64,000 nucleotides of DNA from an uncultured Gammaproteobacteria bacterium. Lineage in GTDB: Bacteria > Patescibacteriota > Patescibacteriia > SG8-24. The position numbers were made by a program, and so were the translations under genes. This document shows, in pieces, positions 28,258 through 37,956 of the stretch (position 1 is the stretch's first letter; the number at the start of each line of letters is the position of its first letter). The stretch is from assembly GCA_964626205.1 (NCBI GenBank), contig CAZVED010000005.1, positions 31,603 through 95,602 on the forward strand, read 5' to 3'. The notes below the pieces were generated by a model. The model was given only the letters and a program-made list of their open reading frames with translations. It did not search any database and had not been told where the DNA came from.

Positions 28258-29406
28258 TCAGCGTACCTCCACCGTAATATGATCCGCCACGGTCGGCATG
28301 CGATTGGACCAGAACGGCGAGGTGGAAACGGACGACGACGAGACGCCGTCGATGCTCTCCAAATAGGTCTCCGCGGCGGAGACCGAAATGCCGACGAGCT
28401 TCTGCGGGGAAAGCGCCGGGGCTTCCGCCGACAGGATGGCGACGCCGCGGACCTCCACGCGCATGTTCGCTCGACCGACGGAAACGTCACGCTTCTCAAT
28501 GACACGCGCTTCTGGGTCTTCCGTCACGGACACGAGCGCCTGATCGAATCCGATGAGGTCCTTCAGCCGCGCAGCGACACGAGCGCTGAACTGTGTCTCG
28601 TCGAAATACGTGCCAGTCGCACGGACCGTCACTGTCATGTCGAATTCCGCGATCTCGGTACCGACCTTCGCAGACGACGTCTGCGAAGTCACATCGATTG
28701 TCACCGCACGTGCAACGCTTTCGGGATCAAGACCGCGTTCACGGACCTTTGCATCGAGCGCGACTTCCAGCTTGGGAGCGAGCTCCTTCCGCACCTCAGC
28801 GACCGCACCATCGACGTCTTCCTGCGTGACCGCCTGTACCATGCGCTCGCCGCCAGTGAACGGTGCGACCGTCGTGACCGTGAAGAACGGCTGCGATGAC
28901 GGATTGAGTCCGGGGATGATGAACGTTGCGTCGGCGGTCTCCCCTACCGCACCGAGCACATCGGCATAGGCCTCGACCTCCACCGACCCGTTAGCAGGGA
29001 CGGTCACCGATTCGCTGATGCGGTACAGCGCTCCGTCCGACGTCTGCAGGCGCGTCGTGGCGACGAGCGGTTGTGCACGGGACAGCGTGCTCGTGATGCG
29101 TACCGTACCGGTCGCGCGCGCCTCCACGGTCGCCGACGAGGTCGCGGGGAACGACCGCGTCACGGTCTCCGACACCTCCGCGACATCGCCGCGAATCTCG
29201 CCCGGACCTGGATCGCGAGCGATATCAACGAGGAAATCCGACCGGACATCCTCCTGGTGCGAGAGCACGACGACCTTCGCGCGAGCGAAGACGATGTATG
29301 CCACAAGGACGGCGACGACCGCCGTGAGCACCAAGAACACCACCGCGATACGGCGATACACGGAAAGCGAGTGCTGAACGGCCTGTTGATCCTGAGGGAG
29401 TGCCAT
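28258..29406 (-). CDS. hypothetical secreted/membrane-anchored protein (382 aa), downstream of dnaE in the same orientation
   Basis: N-terminal TM helix RRIAVVFLVLTAVVAVLVAYIVF, then a T/V/S-rich beta-type sequence. No family recognised. Confidence 0.45.
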   Translation of the reverse strand: MALPQDQQAVQHSLSVYRRIAVVFLVLTAVVAVLVAYIVFARAKVVVLSHQEDVRSDFLVDIARDPGPGEIRGDVAEVSETVTRSFPATSSATVEARATGTVRITSTLSRAQPLVATTRLQTSDGALYRISESVTVPANGSVEVEAYADVLGAVGETADATFIIPGLNPSSQPFFTVTTVAPFTGGERMVQAVTQEDVDGAVAEVRKELAPKLEVALDAKVRERGLDPESVARAVTIDVTSQTSSAKVGTEIAEFDMTVTVRATGTYFDETQFSARVAARLKDLIGFDQALVSVTEDPEARVIEKRDVSVGRANMRVEVRGVAILSAEAPALSPQKLVGISVSAAETYLESIDGVSSSSVSTSPFWSNRMPTVADHITVEVR

Positions 29407-29444
29407 AGTGTGGTCAGTATACCACAGCCTTCAGCGAGCCTCTG

Positions 29445-32400
29445 TTACGCCAACACCGCGCCCTTTCCCACCACCTTCTCGATGGCCGCGATGGTGTCAC
29501 CGTCGCAGGAAACGGAGAATTTCGTGGAAATGCGCTTACCGGAACCATCGTTCACGACGAGGAAAACGCGGCGCGTGCCCGGATTCTCGCTGAAGACGCG
29601 CTGGAGTTCCGTGACGAAAGACTTCGGTAGGACAGGCGGGACGCTCACGCAGAGAATCTCGTCATTCAGGGAAACGGCACGTGCCACGCTGGCAGCCGGA
29701 CGGTTCGCACCAGAACCGCCGCCAGCATACGCGAGCATGCTCCGTAGCTGCTCGATGTTCTCCGCCGTGATCTCCTGCCCCTTTTCGCACAGCACGTTTA
29801 ATTCACCTTCACGCTCCTGGAGCTTTCCTTCGATCATGACGAGGCGGTCCTTGGTCCAAAGGTCCGGCGACTGCTCATAGACAGACGGAAACACCACGAC
29901 CTCGATGCCGCCAGAGACGTCCTCTACCTTGGCGAACGCCATGGGCTGCCCTTTCTTGGTGATGATCTTCCGCAGATCCATGATGACACCGCCCATGCGC
30001 ACGAGGCCGGAGTGCCCACGCTTCGTCGGCAAGGAGGCGACGTCCGTCAGTGCGCCGTCAAAATACTCCGCGAACTCCTTGTAGGGATGCTCGGAGACGT
30101 AGAGGCCGAGGAGCTCTCGCTCCCATGCGAGCTTCTCGCGCTTCGTTGCTGGCGGAACTTCCCGCAATACGATCTCTGAGGTCTTCGTGGCCAACCCCTT
30201 GCCGAGCACCGGAATCGCCGCGAAGAGCGAGTCCTGGCCCATGGAACGGTCCTTGGACGCCTTCTTGTGATGCGCGAGGATGGCATCGAGGTTGCCGAGC
30301 AGCTGATTGCGCTCGCCGAGCGAATCCATCGCTCCGGACTTCACAAGCGCTTCCAGCGACTTCTTGTTGAAGTTCTTGGAATCGATACGGTCGGCGAGGT
30401 CCGTTACGGAGACGTACGGACCGTTCTTCTCACGCTCCTCGATGAGCGCGGTGATGATGTCCGCGCCGAGGTTCTTGATGGCGAGCAAGCCGAAACGGAT
30501 CGTCTTGTCGTCGATGTACGTAAAATTGAGCCGCGACTCATTAATATCCGGCGGAAGCACTTCGATACCGAGGTGCGCACACTCCCCGACCGCGACCGCG
30601 ATACGGTCCGCGTCACCCGCATCCGCCGTGAGGACGGCCGTCATGAACTCGCAGAGATAGTTCGCCTTGAGATAGGCCGTCTGGTACGCGACCATGCCGT
30701 AGCTCGCCGCGTGCGCCTTGTTGAAGCCGTATGCCGCGAACGGCTCGATAAGCGCCCAGAGCTGGTTCACCACCGCCGGTTTCATTCCGCCCTTGATGCA
30801 GCCGCTGATGAACTTATCCTTCTGCTTTGCCATCTCCTCCGGAATCTTCTTGCCCATCGCCTTACGGAACTTGTCGGCTTCCTCCCAGTTGTAGCCCGCC
30901 AGGTCGATGGCGGCGAGCATGATGTCATCCTGGTACGTCAAAATGCCGTACGACTCCGAAAGGATGCTCTTGAGTCGCGGGTCGAGGTACGTCACGAGCG
31001 ACGGGTCGTGCTTGCGCCGAATGAACTCAGGAATGGATTCCATCGGCCCCGGACGATACAGCGCCACCATGGCCATGATGTCCGTGATCTTGGACGGCTT
31101 CAGTTCCTTGAGATAACGCGTCATGCCGTCGCCGGACAGCTGGAAGACACCCGTCGTATCGCCTTCGCCGAGCATCTTGTACGTCTTGGCGTCATCGAGC
31201 GGGATGTCGTAGACATCGATGTCCACGCCTTTGGTGAGCTTGATGGTCTCGATAGCGCGACCGAGAATGGAAAGGTTCTTGAGGCCCAAGAAGTCCATCT
31301 TCAAGATACCAGCGTTCTCGATGGCCTTCATTTCGTACTGCGTGATGAGCTTGCCGCCGCCAGCTTCGGGCTGCAGCGCGGTGTACTCCACGAGTGGCCG
31401 CGGCGCGATGACGACGCCGGCCGCATGCACGGAGACGTGGCGCGCGGAGCCTTCCACCTTGCGGGAGAGGTCCAGGAGGCGCTTCACCTTTGGATCCTCG
31501 TCAGCGAGCTTCTTGAGCTCTGGAGTCTCGTTGACCGCACGTTCGATGGTCATCGGGAAACCTTGAGCACCCATGGGGATGAGCTTCGCCACACGGTCAC
31601 AAAAGGCATATGGATAATCGAGCACGCGCCCGACGTCACGGACAGCGCCGCGCGCCTGCAGGGTGCCGAACGTACCAATCTGGGCCACCTTGTCCTTACC
31701 GTATTTCTCCGTCACGTAGGCAATAACCTCGTCGCGACGGGAATCTTCGATGTCCGCGTCGACGTCGGGAGGGCTCGGACGAAACGGGTTCAGGAAGCGC
31801 TCGAACGGTAGCTTGTACGTGAGCGGGTTCACCGGAACGATGCCGATGGAATACGAAACGAGCGAGCCGGCTGCGGAGCCTCGCGTCGTGGTGACGATTT
31901 TCTGCCTTCGACACCAACGAAGATAGTCCGCGACGACCAAGAAGTACGGCGCATAGCCCTTCGCGTTGATGACACTGAGCTCGTACTCGATGCGCTCGCG
32001 CATTTCGTCGGTCACCTCCTTTTCGCGCTTCGCGATGCCGGTGTACACCTCATCACGCAACTCAGTTTCGTAGGTCTTCCCTTCCGGAATCTTGTAGTCC
32101 GCGAAATACCATTTACCGAGCTCGATACCCGCATCGCACCGCGCGGCGATCTTGGCGGTGTTCTCGATAGCTTCCGGACAATCTGCGAATGCCTTCTCCA
32201 TGTGCTCGCCAGAGACGAACGAATAATCCGCATCCGTCATGCGAAGACGGTTCTCCTGGTGCACGACCTTGCCTTCACCGATACACAGCAGGATATCGTG
32301 AGCTTCGGCGTCTTCGGAGTTGAGATAATGGATATCCTTCGTTGCCACGAGCGGAATACCCGTCTCCTTGGACAGTTTTTTTAAGTCTGCGTTGCGTGCC

Positions 32401-32957
32401 TTCCACTCGTCGAGTTCCGGATGGTCCTGCATCTCGAGGAAGAAATTCCCCTCGCCGAAGATATCGCGATATTCCAACGCGAGCTCCTTTGCCTTGGCGT
32501 AGTCGTCCATGGTGAGCGCACGACAAATGTCACCACGCAAACCGCCAGAGAGGCCAATGAGCCCTTTCGCGTGTATACGCAACACCTCCTTGTCCATGCG
32601 CGGCTTGTAGTAGAAACCCTCGCAATGCGCGACGGTCGTGAGCTGTAGGAGATTCTTGTAGCCTTCATTCGTCTCCGCGAGTAGGACGAGCTGGTTCTGT
32701 CGGTTGTCGATGCGAGCGCGCTTGTCCGTCAGCTTGTCGACGGCCATGTACGCACACTGCCCGATGATAGGGCGGACGCCTTCCTTGAGACACGCTTCGG
32801 TGAATTCCACGGCACCATACATGGCACCGTAGTCCGTCAGTGCCAACGACGTCATGCCGAGCGACTTCGCGCGCTTCACCAGCTGCTTAACCTGAGGCAA
32901 CCCCCCGAGCAGGGAGTAATGGCTGTGCGTATGGAGGTGGACGAAGTTGGATGGCAT
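29445..32957 (-). CDS. dnaE: DNA polymerase III subunit alpha
   Basis: MPSNFVHLHTHSHYSLLGG (PHP domain) and polymerase core motifs. 1170 aa. RBS GGAG before ATG at 32957. Confidence 0.95.
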   Translation of the reverse strand: MPSNFVHLHTHSHYSLLGGLPQVKQLVKRAKSLGMTSLALTDYGAMYGAVEFTEACLKEGVRPIIGQCAYMAVDKLTDKRARIDNRQNQLVLLAETNEGYKNLLQLTTVAHCEGFYYKPRMDKEVLRIHAKGLIGLSGGLRGDICRALTMDDYAKAKELALEYRDIFGEGNFFLEMQDHPELDEWKARNADLKKLSKETGIPLVATKDIHYLNSEDAEAHDILLCIGEGKVVHQENRLRMTDADYSFVSGEHMEKAFADCPEAIENTAKIAARCDAGIELGKWYFADYKIPEGKTYETELRDEVYTGIAKREKEVTDEMRERIEYELSVINAKGYAPYFLVVADYLRWCRRQKIVTTTRGSAAGSLVSYSIGIVPVNPLTYKLPFERFLNPFRPSPPDVDADIEDSRRDEVIAYVTEKYGKDKVAQIGTFGTLQARGAVRDVGRVLDYPYAFCDRVAKLIPMGAQGFPMTIERAVNETPELKKLADEDPKVKRLLDLSRKVEGSARHVSVHAAGVVIAPRPLVEYTALQPEAGGGKLITQYEMKAIENAGILKMDFLGLKNLSILGRAIETIKLTKGVDIDVYDIPLDDAKTYKMLGEGDTTGVFQLSGDGMTRYLKELKPSKITDIMAMVALYRPGPMESIPEFIRRKHDPSLVTYLDPRLKSILSESYGILTYQDDIMLAAIDLAGYNWEEADKFRKAMGKKIPEEMAKQKDKFISGCIKGGMKPAVVNQLWALIEPFAAYGFNKAHAASYGMVAYQTAYLKANYLCEFMTAVLTADAGDADRIAVAVGECAHLGIEVLPPDINESRLNFTYIDDKTIRFGLLAIKNLGADIITALIEEREKNGPYVSVTDLADRIDSKNFNKKSLEALVKSGAMDSLGERNQLLGNLDAILAHHKKASKDRSMGQDSLFAAIPVLGKGLATKTSEIVLREVPPATKREKLAWERELLGLYVSEHPYKEFAEYFDGALTDVASLPTKRGHSGLVRMGGVIMDLRKIITKKGQPMAFAKVEDVSGGIEVVVFPSVYEQSPDLWTKDRLVMIEGKLQEREGELNVLCEKGQEITAENIEQLRSMLAYAGGGSGANRPAASVARAVSLNDEILCVSVPPVLPKSFVTELQRVFSENPGTRRVFLVVNDGSGKRISTKFSVSCDGDTIAAIEKVVGKGAVLA

Positions 32958-33097
32958 GGGCTCTTTTTCTCCCCAAAGTGTACCTCGGCGCACCCCCTCG
33001 GAAAAGGCCGTTTTTCCTTGATTTTCCTGTCTCCGCCGACCCCCTTGTACCCATGGCCTGTGTCGTGAGCATCTCAGTGGATACCGTCAACACCGGC

Positions 33098-33130
33098 ATG
33101 AAAAAACCGCCCTCCGAGGGAGGGCGGCGT
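33098..33130 (-). terminator. rho-independent terminator after the HslV-like gene
   Basis: The minus strand reads acgccgccctccctcggagggcgg followed by ttttttcatg. Confidence 0.7.
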
Positions 33131-33138
33131 ACGTACGG

Positions 33139-33870
33139 TCACCGGGAACGTCGGCGATGGACAGGAACCTTGCGGCGTGCCTTGTGAGAGACCGACTGTT
33201 TCGTCGTCTGCCGCTTGGCCGCCTTCTTTGCCGGCGGATCCTTCAGCGATTCCGAGTCCCCCATCAGCAGGTACGGGCCCTGCACGGAGGAAGAGAACGT
33301 CGCCGCAGCCTCGAGCGCGATGAGCGCCCTTTTCGGGGCAGGGACCTGGTCGTCGATGCCCGCGAGCTCGAGCGCGGCGAGCGCGCCGTACGCGAACATC
33401 TGTCCGGAACCGATGGCGATGTAGTTTCGCGCCACCTCGACGACCGCGCCATCGAAGCTGACGACGAAGATCTTGCCACGATACGCGACGATGAGCGTCA
33501 TGTTCGGATCGTCATCGCGGTCATGATCGTGATGATCGTGCACGTCGCAGTTGCGGTGACGCTTGCGCTTTCCGCCACGGGAACGCTCCCCGCGTGACGG
33601 TCCGTTGAAGAACCTCGAGAGCGCGGGAACCATCTCCTGGACCATGAAGACGTAGGCGTCCTTCTGTGCCGGCTTCTGCCTTGGCGGCCGAAAGCCCGTC
33701 AAGATTCGCTGAATAGGCAGGAGCTCACCGGCACCGCCGATGAGCATCTCACCGACCTGTACGATTTTCGGGACCGCGAGCTGCTGAACCATGTCGCCAG
33801 CGGAGACGGCGCTATCCGCGCCCATCACCACGCCGCCGTGACCGTCCTTGATGGCTACGATGCAGGTCAT
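33139..33870 (-). CDS. HslV/ClpQ-like proteasome-type Ntn hydrolase with a His/Asp-rich insertion and a basic C-terminal tail
   Basis: MT(C)IVAIKDGHGGVVMGADS (Thr1 after Met), Lys33 in VPKIVQV, GSGQ. Insertion GPSRGERSRGGKRKRHRNCDVHDHHDHDRDDDP and tail KKAAKRQTTKQSVSHKARRKVPVHRRRSR. RBS taggagg. No hslU adjacent. Confidence 0.6.
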   Translation of the reverse strand: MTCIVAIKDGHGGVVMGADSAVSAGDMVQQLAVPKIVQVGEMLIGGAGELLPIQRILTGFRPPRQKPAQKDAYVFMVQEMVPALSRFFNGPSRGERSRGGKRKRHRNCDVHDHHDHDRDDDPNMTLIVAYRGKIFVVSFDGAVVEVARNYIAIGSGQMFAYGALAALELAGIDDQVPAPKRALIALEAAATFSSSVQGPYLLMGDSESLKDPPAKKAAKRQTTKQSVSHKARRKVPVHRRRSR

Positions 33871-33967
33871 AAAGAACCTCCTATCCACTGGACCGTAGCA
33901 TGGATGAACATCCTGTCAAGGTATCGAGGCAACGAAAAACGCCACCGGGTTCCGATGGCGTTCCGAC

Positions 33968-34348
33968 CTACTTCTTCTTGCTTTTGGAGGCCGCCGGCTT
34001 CTTCCCTGCCCGCTCCTTGATGCCCCAGACCACGAGCTCCTTCACCGCCTGCGCGATGAGGGTGAACGACGCGGCCGAGCGTTCCATCTTCTCGTGCGCG
34101 GCGTTGGCCAGCTCGTCAATCTTCATCACTGCATTCTTGATCTGGCGGATGAGCATTTCCGTGTCGCGGACGATGGCGATGAGATAGTACAACAGCCACG
34201 ACAGAAAAATCGTGAGCCACAGCACACTGAAGGCCAATACCACGAACAGGACGTCTTTGCTGGTCTCGAAGAAAGGCATGGCAATGATGGCTTCGCGCAA
34301 GGATAGCTCTGTGCCCCTCGCACCTTGATTACGCCCCCAGTATAGCAC
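33968..34348 (-). CDS. small membrane protein (start possibly Met at about 34279)
   Basis: One TM helix (VLFVVLAFSVLWLTIFLSWLLYYLIAIV), then a helical region and a lysine-rich tail. Confidence 0.4.
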   Translation of the reverse strand: MLYWGRNQGARGTELSLREAIIAMPFFETSKDVLFVVLAFSVLWLTIFLSWLLYYLIAIVRDTEMLIRQIKNAVMKIDELANAAHEKMERSAASFTLIAQAVKELVVWGIKERAGKKPAASKSKKK

Positions 34349-34378
34349 GGGGGTGACAGGGGTGCCTAGGGTGCCGCC

Positions 34379-36790
34379 TCAACCGCGCACTGTCGCGCCG
34401 ACAACAGCAGCGAGTTCGGCGGTGACCTTGGTCATTTCGACATCCACGTCTTCGGAACGCAGCGTCCGGTCCGAAGCGCTGAATGCAAGATGGACAGCGA
34501 CGGACTTCTTCCCTTCCGGGAGTCCCGTGCCGTGATAGACATCGAACAATGTAACATCAGTCAACAACGGCGATGCGGAACGGGCCGCTTCTTCGATGCG
34601 CCCGTATTCCGTGCCCATGTCCACCACGACGGCAAGGTCGCGGAAGATGGACGGGAATTGCGGCACCGGCGCATACACATGGCTGCGGCGACCAGCTGCG
34701 AGCACGTTCGCAAGAAGAAGCTGGCAGACCACCACACGACTACGGATACCGAACGCCGAGACGATATCTGGGTGTACCTCGCCGAGCTTGCCGAGCACCG
34801 TGCCACCGAACGAAACCTCCACCGTGCGTCCTGGGTGCCACTTCGCGTCATCCGTGACGCGACGGTATACCAACCCATGCATACCCTCCCCTGCGGCGTA
34901 CGTCTCCAACACGCCTTTCAGTTTGCGGAAATACCGATCTCCGTCCTCTGGTCCGTAAGCCACGGCAATCATGCGCGGCTGTTCTTCCGGAAGGCCGTCC
35001 GTTCGTTTCTTGTATGCGTTCCCGATCTCGAAACATTCCCCCTCCGGGAACAAGCCCTCGTTCTCCGCAACGGCCGTAAGAACGCCCGGAACGAGACAGT
35101 TGCGCATCACTTCGAAATCCTTGGAAAGCGGGTTCGCGACGGCGAGCACCTCATCACCCATGCGAAGCGACTTCTCGAGCGTCTCACGTGCGACGAACGC
35201 GTACGTCATAAGCTCGGTGAAACCGGCGCCTTTGAGCATGGAGCGAACGCGGCCTTCGGCCTCGAAAAGCGGGTCCGGCGCGACCGCAGGAAGCGTGCCG
35301 GTCGGCAAAACGGCTGGAAGGTTGTGGTAGCCGTAAATACGCGCGATTTCTTCCGCGAAGTCGCGTTCATCTTCGATATCGTTCGCGCGCCAGAACGGCA
35401 CGGTCACCTCGTAGGCACCCTTCTTCCCTTCGAGCGTGAAGCCGAGCGCTTCCAAAATTGCGACCATGCGCTTCTCCGGGATGGTGACGCCGATGATTTC
35501 CTCGGCCTTTGCCGTACGGAACGGGAAACGGAGCGGCGCGCGCCCTGTCGCATGGTCGTCGATACCCTCGCTCACGACTTCGGCGCCGCAGATTTCCTGA
35601 GCAAGTTCGACAGCACGAGCGAGCGCGAAAGCCGTCTGCTCTTCAGGAAGCCCTTTCTCGAAGCGAAGGGAGGAATCGCTGTGGAGATTCAAAGCGCGGC
35701 CTGTGCGGCGCACGGAAACCGCATCGAACGTGGCGGACTCGAAGACGACGGTCGTCGTCGATGCCGTCACACCGGTCTCCTCGCCGCCCATGATGCCAGC
35801 AACGGCAATCGGGCGTTCCGCGTCGGCGATGATGAGCTGACCGGAAGAGAGCTCGTACTCCTTGCCATCCAAAGCGAGGAGCTTCTCGCCGTCAGCAGCC
35901 ATGCGGATGACGATGCCGTTGCCGCGAAGCTTGTCGTAGTCGAAGGCGTGCATCGGCTGGCCGAGTTCGAGCATGACATAGTTCGTGATGTCGACGAGCG
36001 CGTTGATGGGGCGGATACCGGCCATGCGTAAACGGTTCTTGATGTGCCACGGCGACTCCCCGACCGGATGCGAAAGCGACATAACGACGGCCTGATATCG
36101 GGTACACAGTTCCGGAGAGCGGTTGTCGAAGGACACGTCCTTGCGATCGCCTTTCGGCTTACCTGGCTCCTTGGACGGCTTCCAGATGAACTTGGCGTCC
36201 AGAATGGCGGCTGCTTCGCGTGCGAGACCGACCATGGAGAACGCATCTGGGCGGTTCGTCGTCACCTCGATGTCGATGACCGTATCCTCCAGCTGCAACG
36301 CCTCTGCGATGCTCGTGCCTGGTTTCGCCTTAGTCCACGAAAGGTCGAGGATCTCTTTCTCCGCGTGCGGAAAGACCTCGCCAAGACCGATCTCGTTGGC
36401 GCCGCAGACCATACCCGCGGACTTCACGCCCTGAATCTCTGCCTCCGCGAGTTCAATAAGGTCGCCCTCACCATGCCAGCGCACCTTGGAACCCACGAGC
36501 GCAACGGCAACGAGCATTTCCGGCTCGAGGTTGGAACCGCCGCAGACAAGCTCAAGACTCCCCTGCGCGCCAAGGTCCAGCGCCACGATGCGGAGCTTCG
36601 TAACCTTCGGATTCGGATGCGCCTTCACCTCGACGATACGGCCGACGACCATCTTGTCGAACAGCGGCGCCTGCGGATACAGACGTTCGGCACCCGGGCC
36701 GCACAACGCGATGCGCTTCGCGAACTCACGAGCATCGAGGTCCGTGGCGACGAATTCCTTGATCCAGTTGTAAGAGGCTTGGATGTTCAT
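34379..36790 (-). CDS. pheT: phenylalanine--tRNA ligase beta subunit
   Basis: 803 aa. N-terminal tRNA-binding domain (MNIQASYNWIKEF...), B3/4, B5 and FDX-ACB domains. Downstream of pheS. Confidence 0.95.
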   Translation of the reverse strand: MNIQASYNWIKEFVATDLDAREFAKRIALCGPGAERLYPQAPLFDKMVVGRIVEVKAHPNPKVTKLRIVALDLGAQGSLELVCGGSNLEPEMLVAVALVGSKVRWHGEGDLIELAEAEIQGVKSAGMVCGANEIGLGEVFPHAEKEILDLSWTKAKPGTSIAEALQLEDTVIDIEVTTNRPDAFSMVGLAREAAAILDAKFIWKPSKEPGKPKGDRKDVSFDNRSPELCTRYQAVVMSLSHPVGESPWHIKNRLRMAGIRPINALVDITNYVMLELGQPMHAFDYDKLRGNGIVIRMAADGEKLLALDGKEYELSSGQLIIADAERPIAVAGIMGGEETGVTASTTTVVFESATFDAVSVRRTGRALNLHSDSSLRFEKGLPEEQTAFALARAVELAQEICGAEVVSEGIDDHATGRAPLRFPFRTAKAEEIIGVTIPEKRMVAILEALGFTLEGKKGAYEVTVPFWRANDIEDERDFAEEIARIYGYHNLPAVLPTGTLPAVAPDPLFEAEGRVRSMLKGAGFTELMTYAFVARETLEKSLRMGDEVLAVANPLSKDFEVMRNCLVPGVLTAVAENEGLFPEGECFEIGNAYKKRTDGLPEEQPRMIAVAYGPEDGDRYFRKLKGVLETYAAGEGMHGLVYRRVTDDAKWHPGRTVEVSFGGTVLGKLGEVHPDIVSAFGIRSRVVVCQLLLANVLAAGRRSHVYAPVPQFPSIFRDLAVVVDMGTEYGRIEEAARSASPLLTDVTLFDVYHGTGLPEGKKSVAVHLAFSASDRTLRSEDVDVEMTKVTAELAAVVGATVRG

Positions 36791-36892
36791 AGGGGTGTCA
36801 TTGCGAGGGCCTTTAGGCCCGAAGGCCGGGCCACTATCTTTTTTCTAACGTAGCCCGGCACCCCGCCCTTAGGCGGGTCAATCCCGTTGGTA
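36791..36892. repeat. Structured element E2 of the TGTCATTGCGAG family, filling the pheS-pheT intergenic spacer
   Basis: tgtcattgcgag + gggcctttaggccc hairpin + gccgggc...gcccggc hairpin + cccgcccttaggcggg hairpin. About 24 nt (ttgcgagg-gcctttaggcc-cgaagg) nearly identical to E3. Confidence 0.55.
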
Positions 36893-37951
36893 TCAGAATT
36901 GTTTCAAAAACCGGAAGTCGTTCTTATAGAGGTCGCGGATGTCGTCGATCTTGAGACCGGACTTCATCATCATCGTGCGCTCCACACCCCAACCGAACGC
37001 GAACCCGCCCCACTCCTCCGGATCGATGCCGCCGGCCTTGAGGACGTTCGGGTGCACCATGCCGGCGCCACCAAGCTCCAACCAACCGTCCTTGCAGAGG
37101 CGGCACGCACCGGAGTCGGTCGCACCCGTGCCATTACACACACCGCAGGAAATATCGACCTCGAAACTCGGTTCCGTGAACCGGAAGTGGTACGGCCGCA
37201 GGCGCGTCACGCGTCCTTTGCCGAAGAACGATTCCGCGAAATAGTCGAGCACGCCCTTGAGGTGCGTGACGGAGACGCCCTTATCGATGAGCAGCCCTTC
37301 GAACTGGTGGAACATCGGCACGTGCGAAACGTCGATCTGGCGGCGGTAGCACTTGGAAACGTTCACCATGCGGATGGGAAGTTTCCCCTTCTCCATTTCG
37401 CGCACCTGACCGGAACTCGTGTGCGGGGTCAGTACCATGCGGCCGTACTTCTCGGACGCCGGAGCATCCATGAAGAACGTCTCCCATTCGTCACGAGCCG
37501 GATGATCTGATGGCATGTTGAGCCCCTCGAACGCATACCATTCCCACTCGACCTCCGGATGCCGCACGCGGTTGAATCCGATACGCGAAAGGATGCCGAC
37601 GATTTCCTCGACAGCCTGATTGACGAGATGAACGCTCCCTTCCGGCGGACGCGCACCCGGAAGCGTGACGTCAATCCACTCGGTCTCCGCAAGCGCACCA
37701 CGCGCGGCACTCTTAAGCGCGCGGGTCTTTTCCGCGACCGCAGCGTCGAGCTCTTCCTTGATGGCATTGGCATGCGCACCGGCCTCTTTGCGCTCCTCCG
37801 GCGCCAAAGCTCCGAGGCCCTTGAGCGCGACGTTGAGCTCGCTCTTGCGGCTCAGGTGCTCCAAAGAGAACGCGTCGAGCGCATCCAAAGAATCCACGCC
37901 GGCAAGCGCGTCGAGAATCTGCTGTTTGATGGCATCAAGTCGGTCTTTCAT
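36893..37951 (-). CDS. pheS: phenylalanine--tRNA ligase alpha subunit
   Basis: 352 aa. Class II core (FRPSYFPFTEPS, GWGFGIERL-type motifs). Confidence 0.95.
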   Translation of the reverse strand: MKDRLDAIKQQILDALAGVDSLDALDAFSLEHLSRKSELNVALKGLGALAPEERKEAGAHANAIKEELDAAVAEKTRALKSAARGALAETEWIDVTLPGARPPEGSVHLVNQAVEEIVGILSRIGFNRVRHPEVEWEWYAFEGLNMPSDHPARDEWETFFMDAPASEKYGRMVLTPHTSSGQVREMEKGKLPIRMVNVSKCYRRQIDVSHVPMFHQFEGLLIDKGVSVTHLKGVLDYFAESFFGKGRVTRLRPYHFRFTEPSFEVDISCGVCNGTGATDSGACRLCKDGWLELGGAGMVHPNVLKAGGIDPEEWGGFAFGWGVERTMMMKSGLKIDDIRDLYKNDFRFLKQF

Positions 37952-37956
37952 AGGTA

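Noticed and set aside
30267-31811. 514-aa plus-strand ORF inside dnaE
   Set aside because: Antisense to dnaE with no domain motifs. GC artefact.
34490-36031. 513-aa plus-strand ORF inside pheT
   Set aside because: Antisense to pheT. GC artefact.
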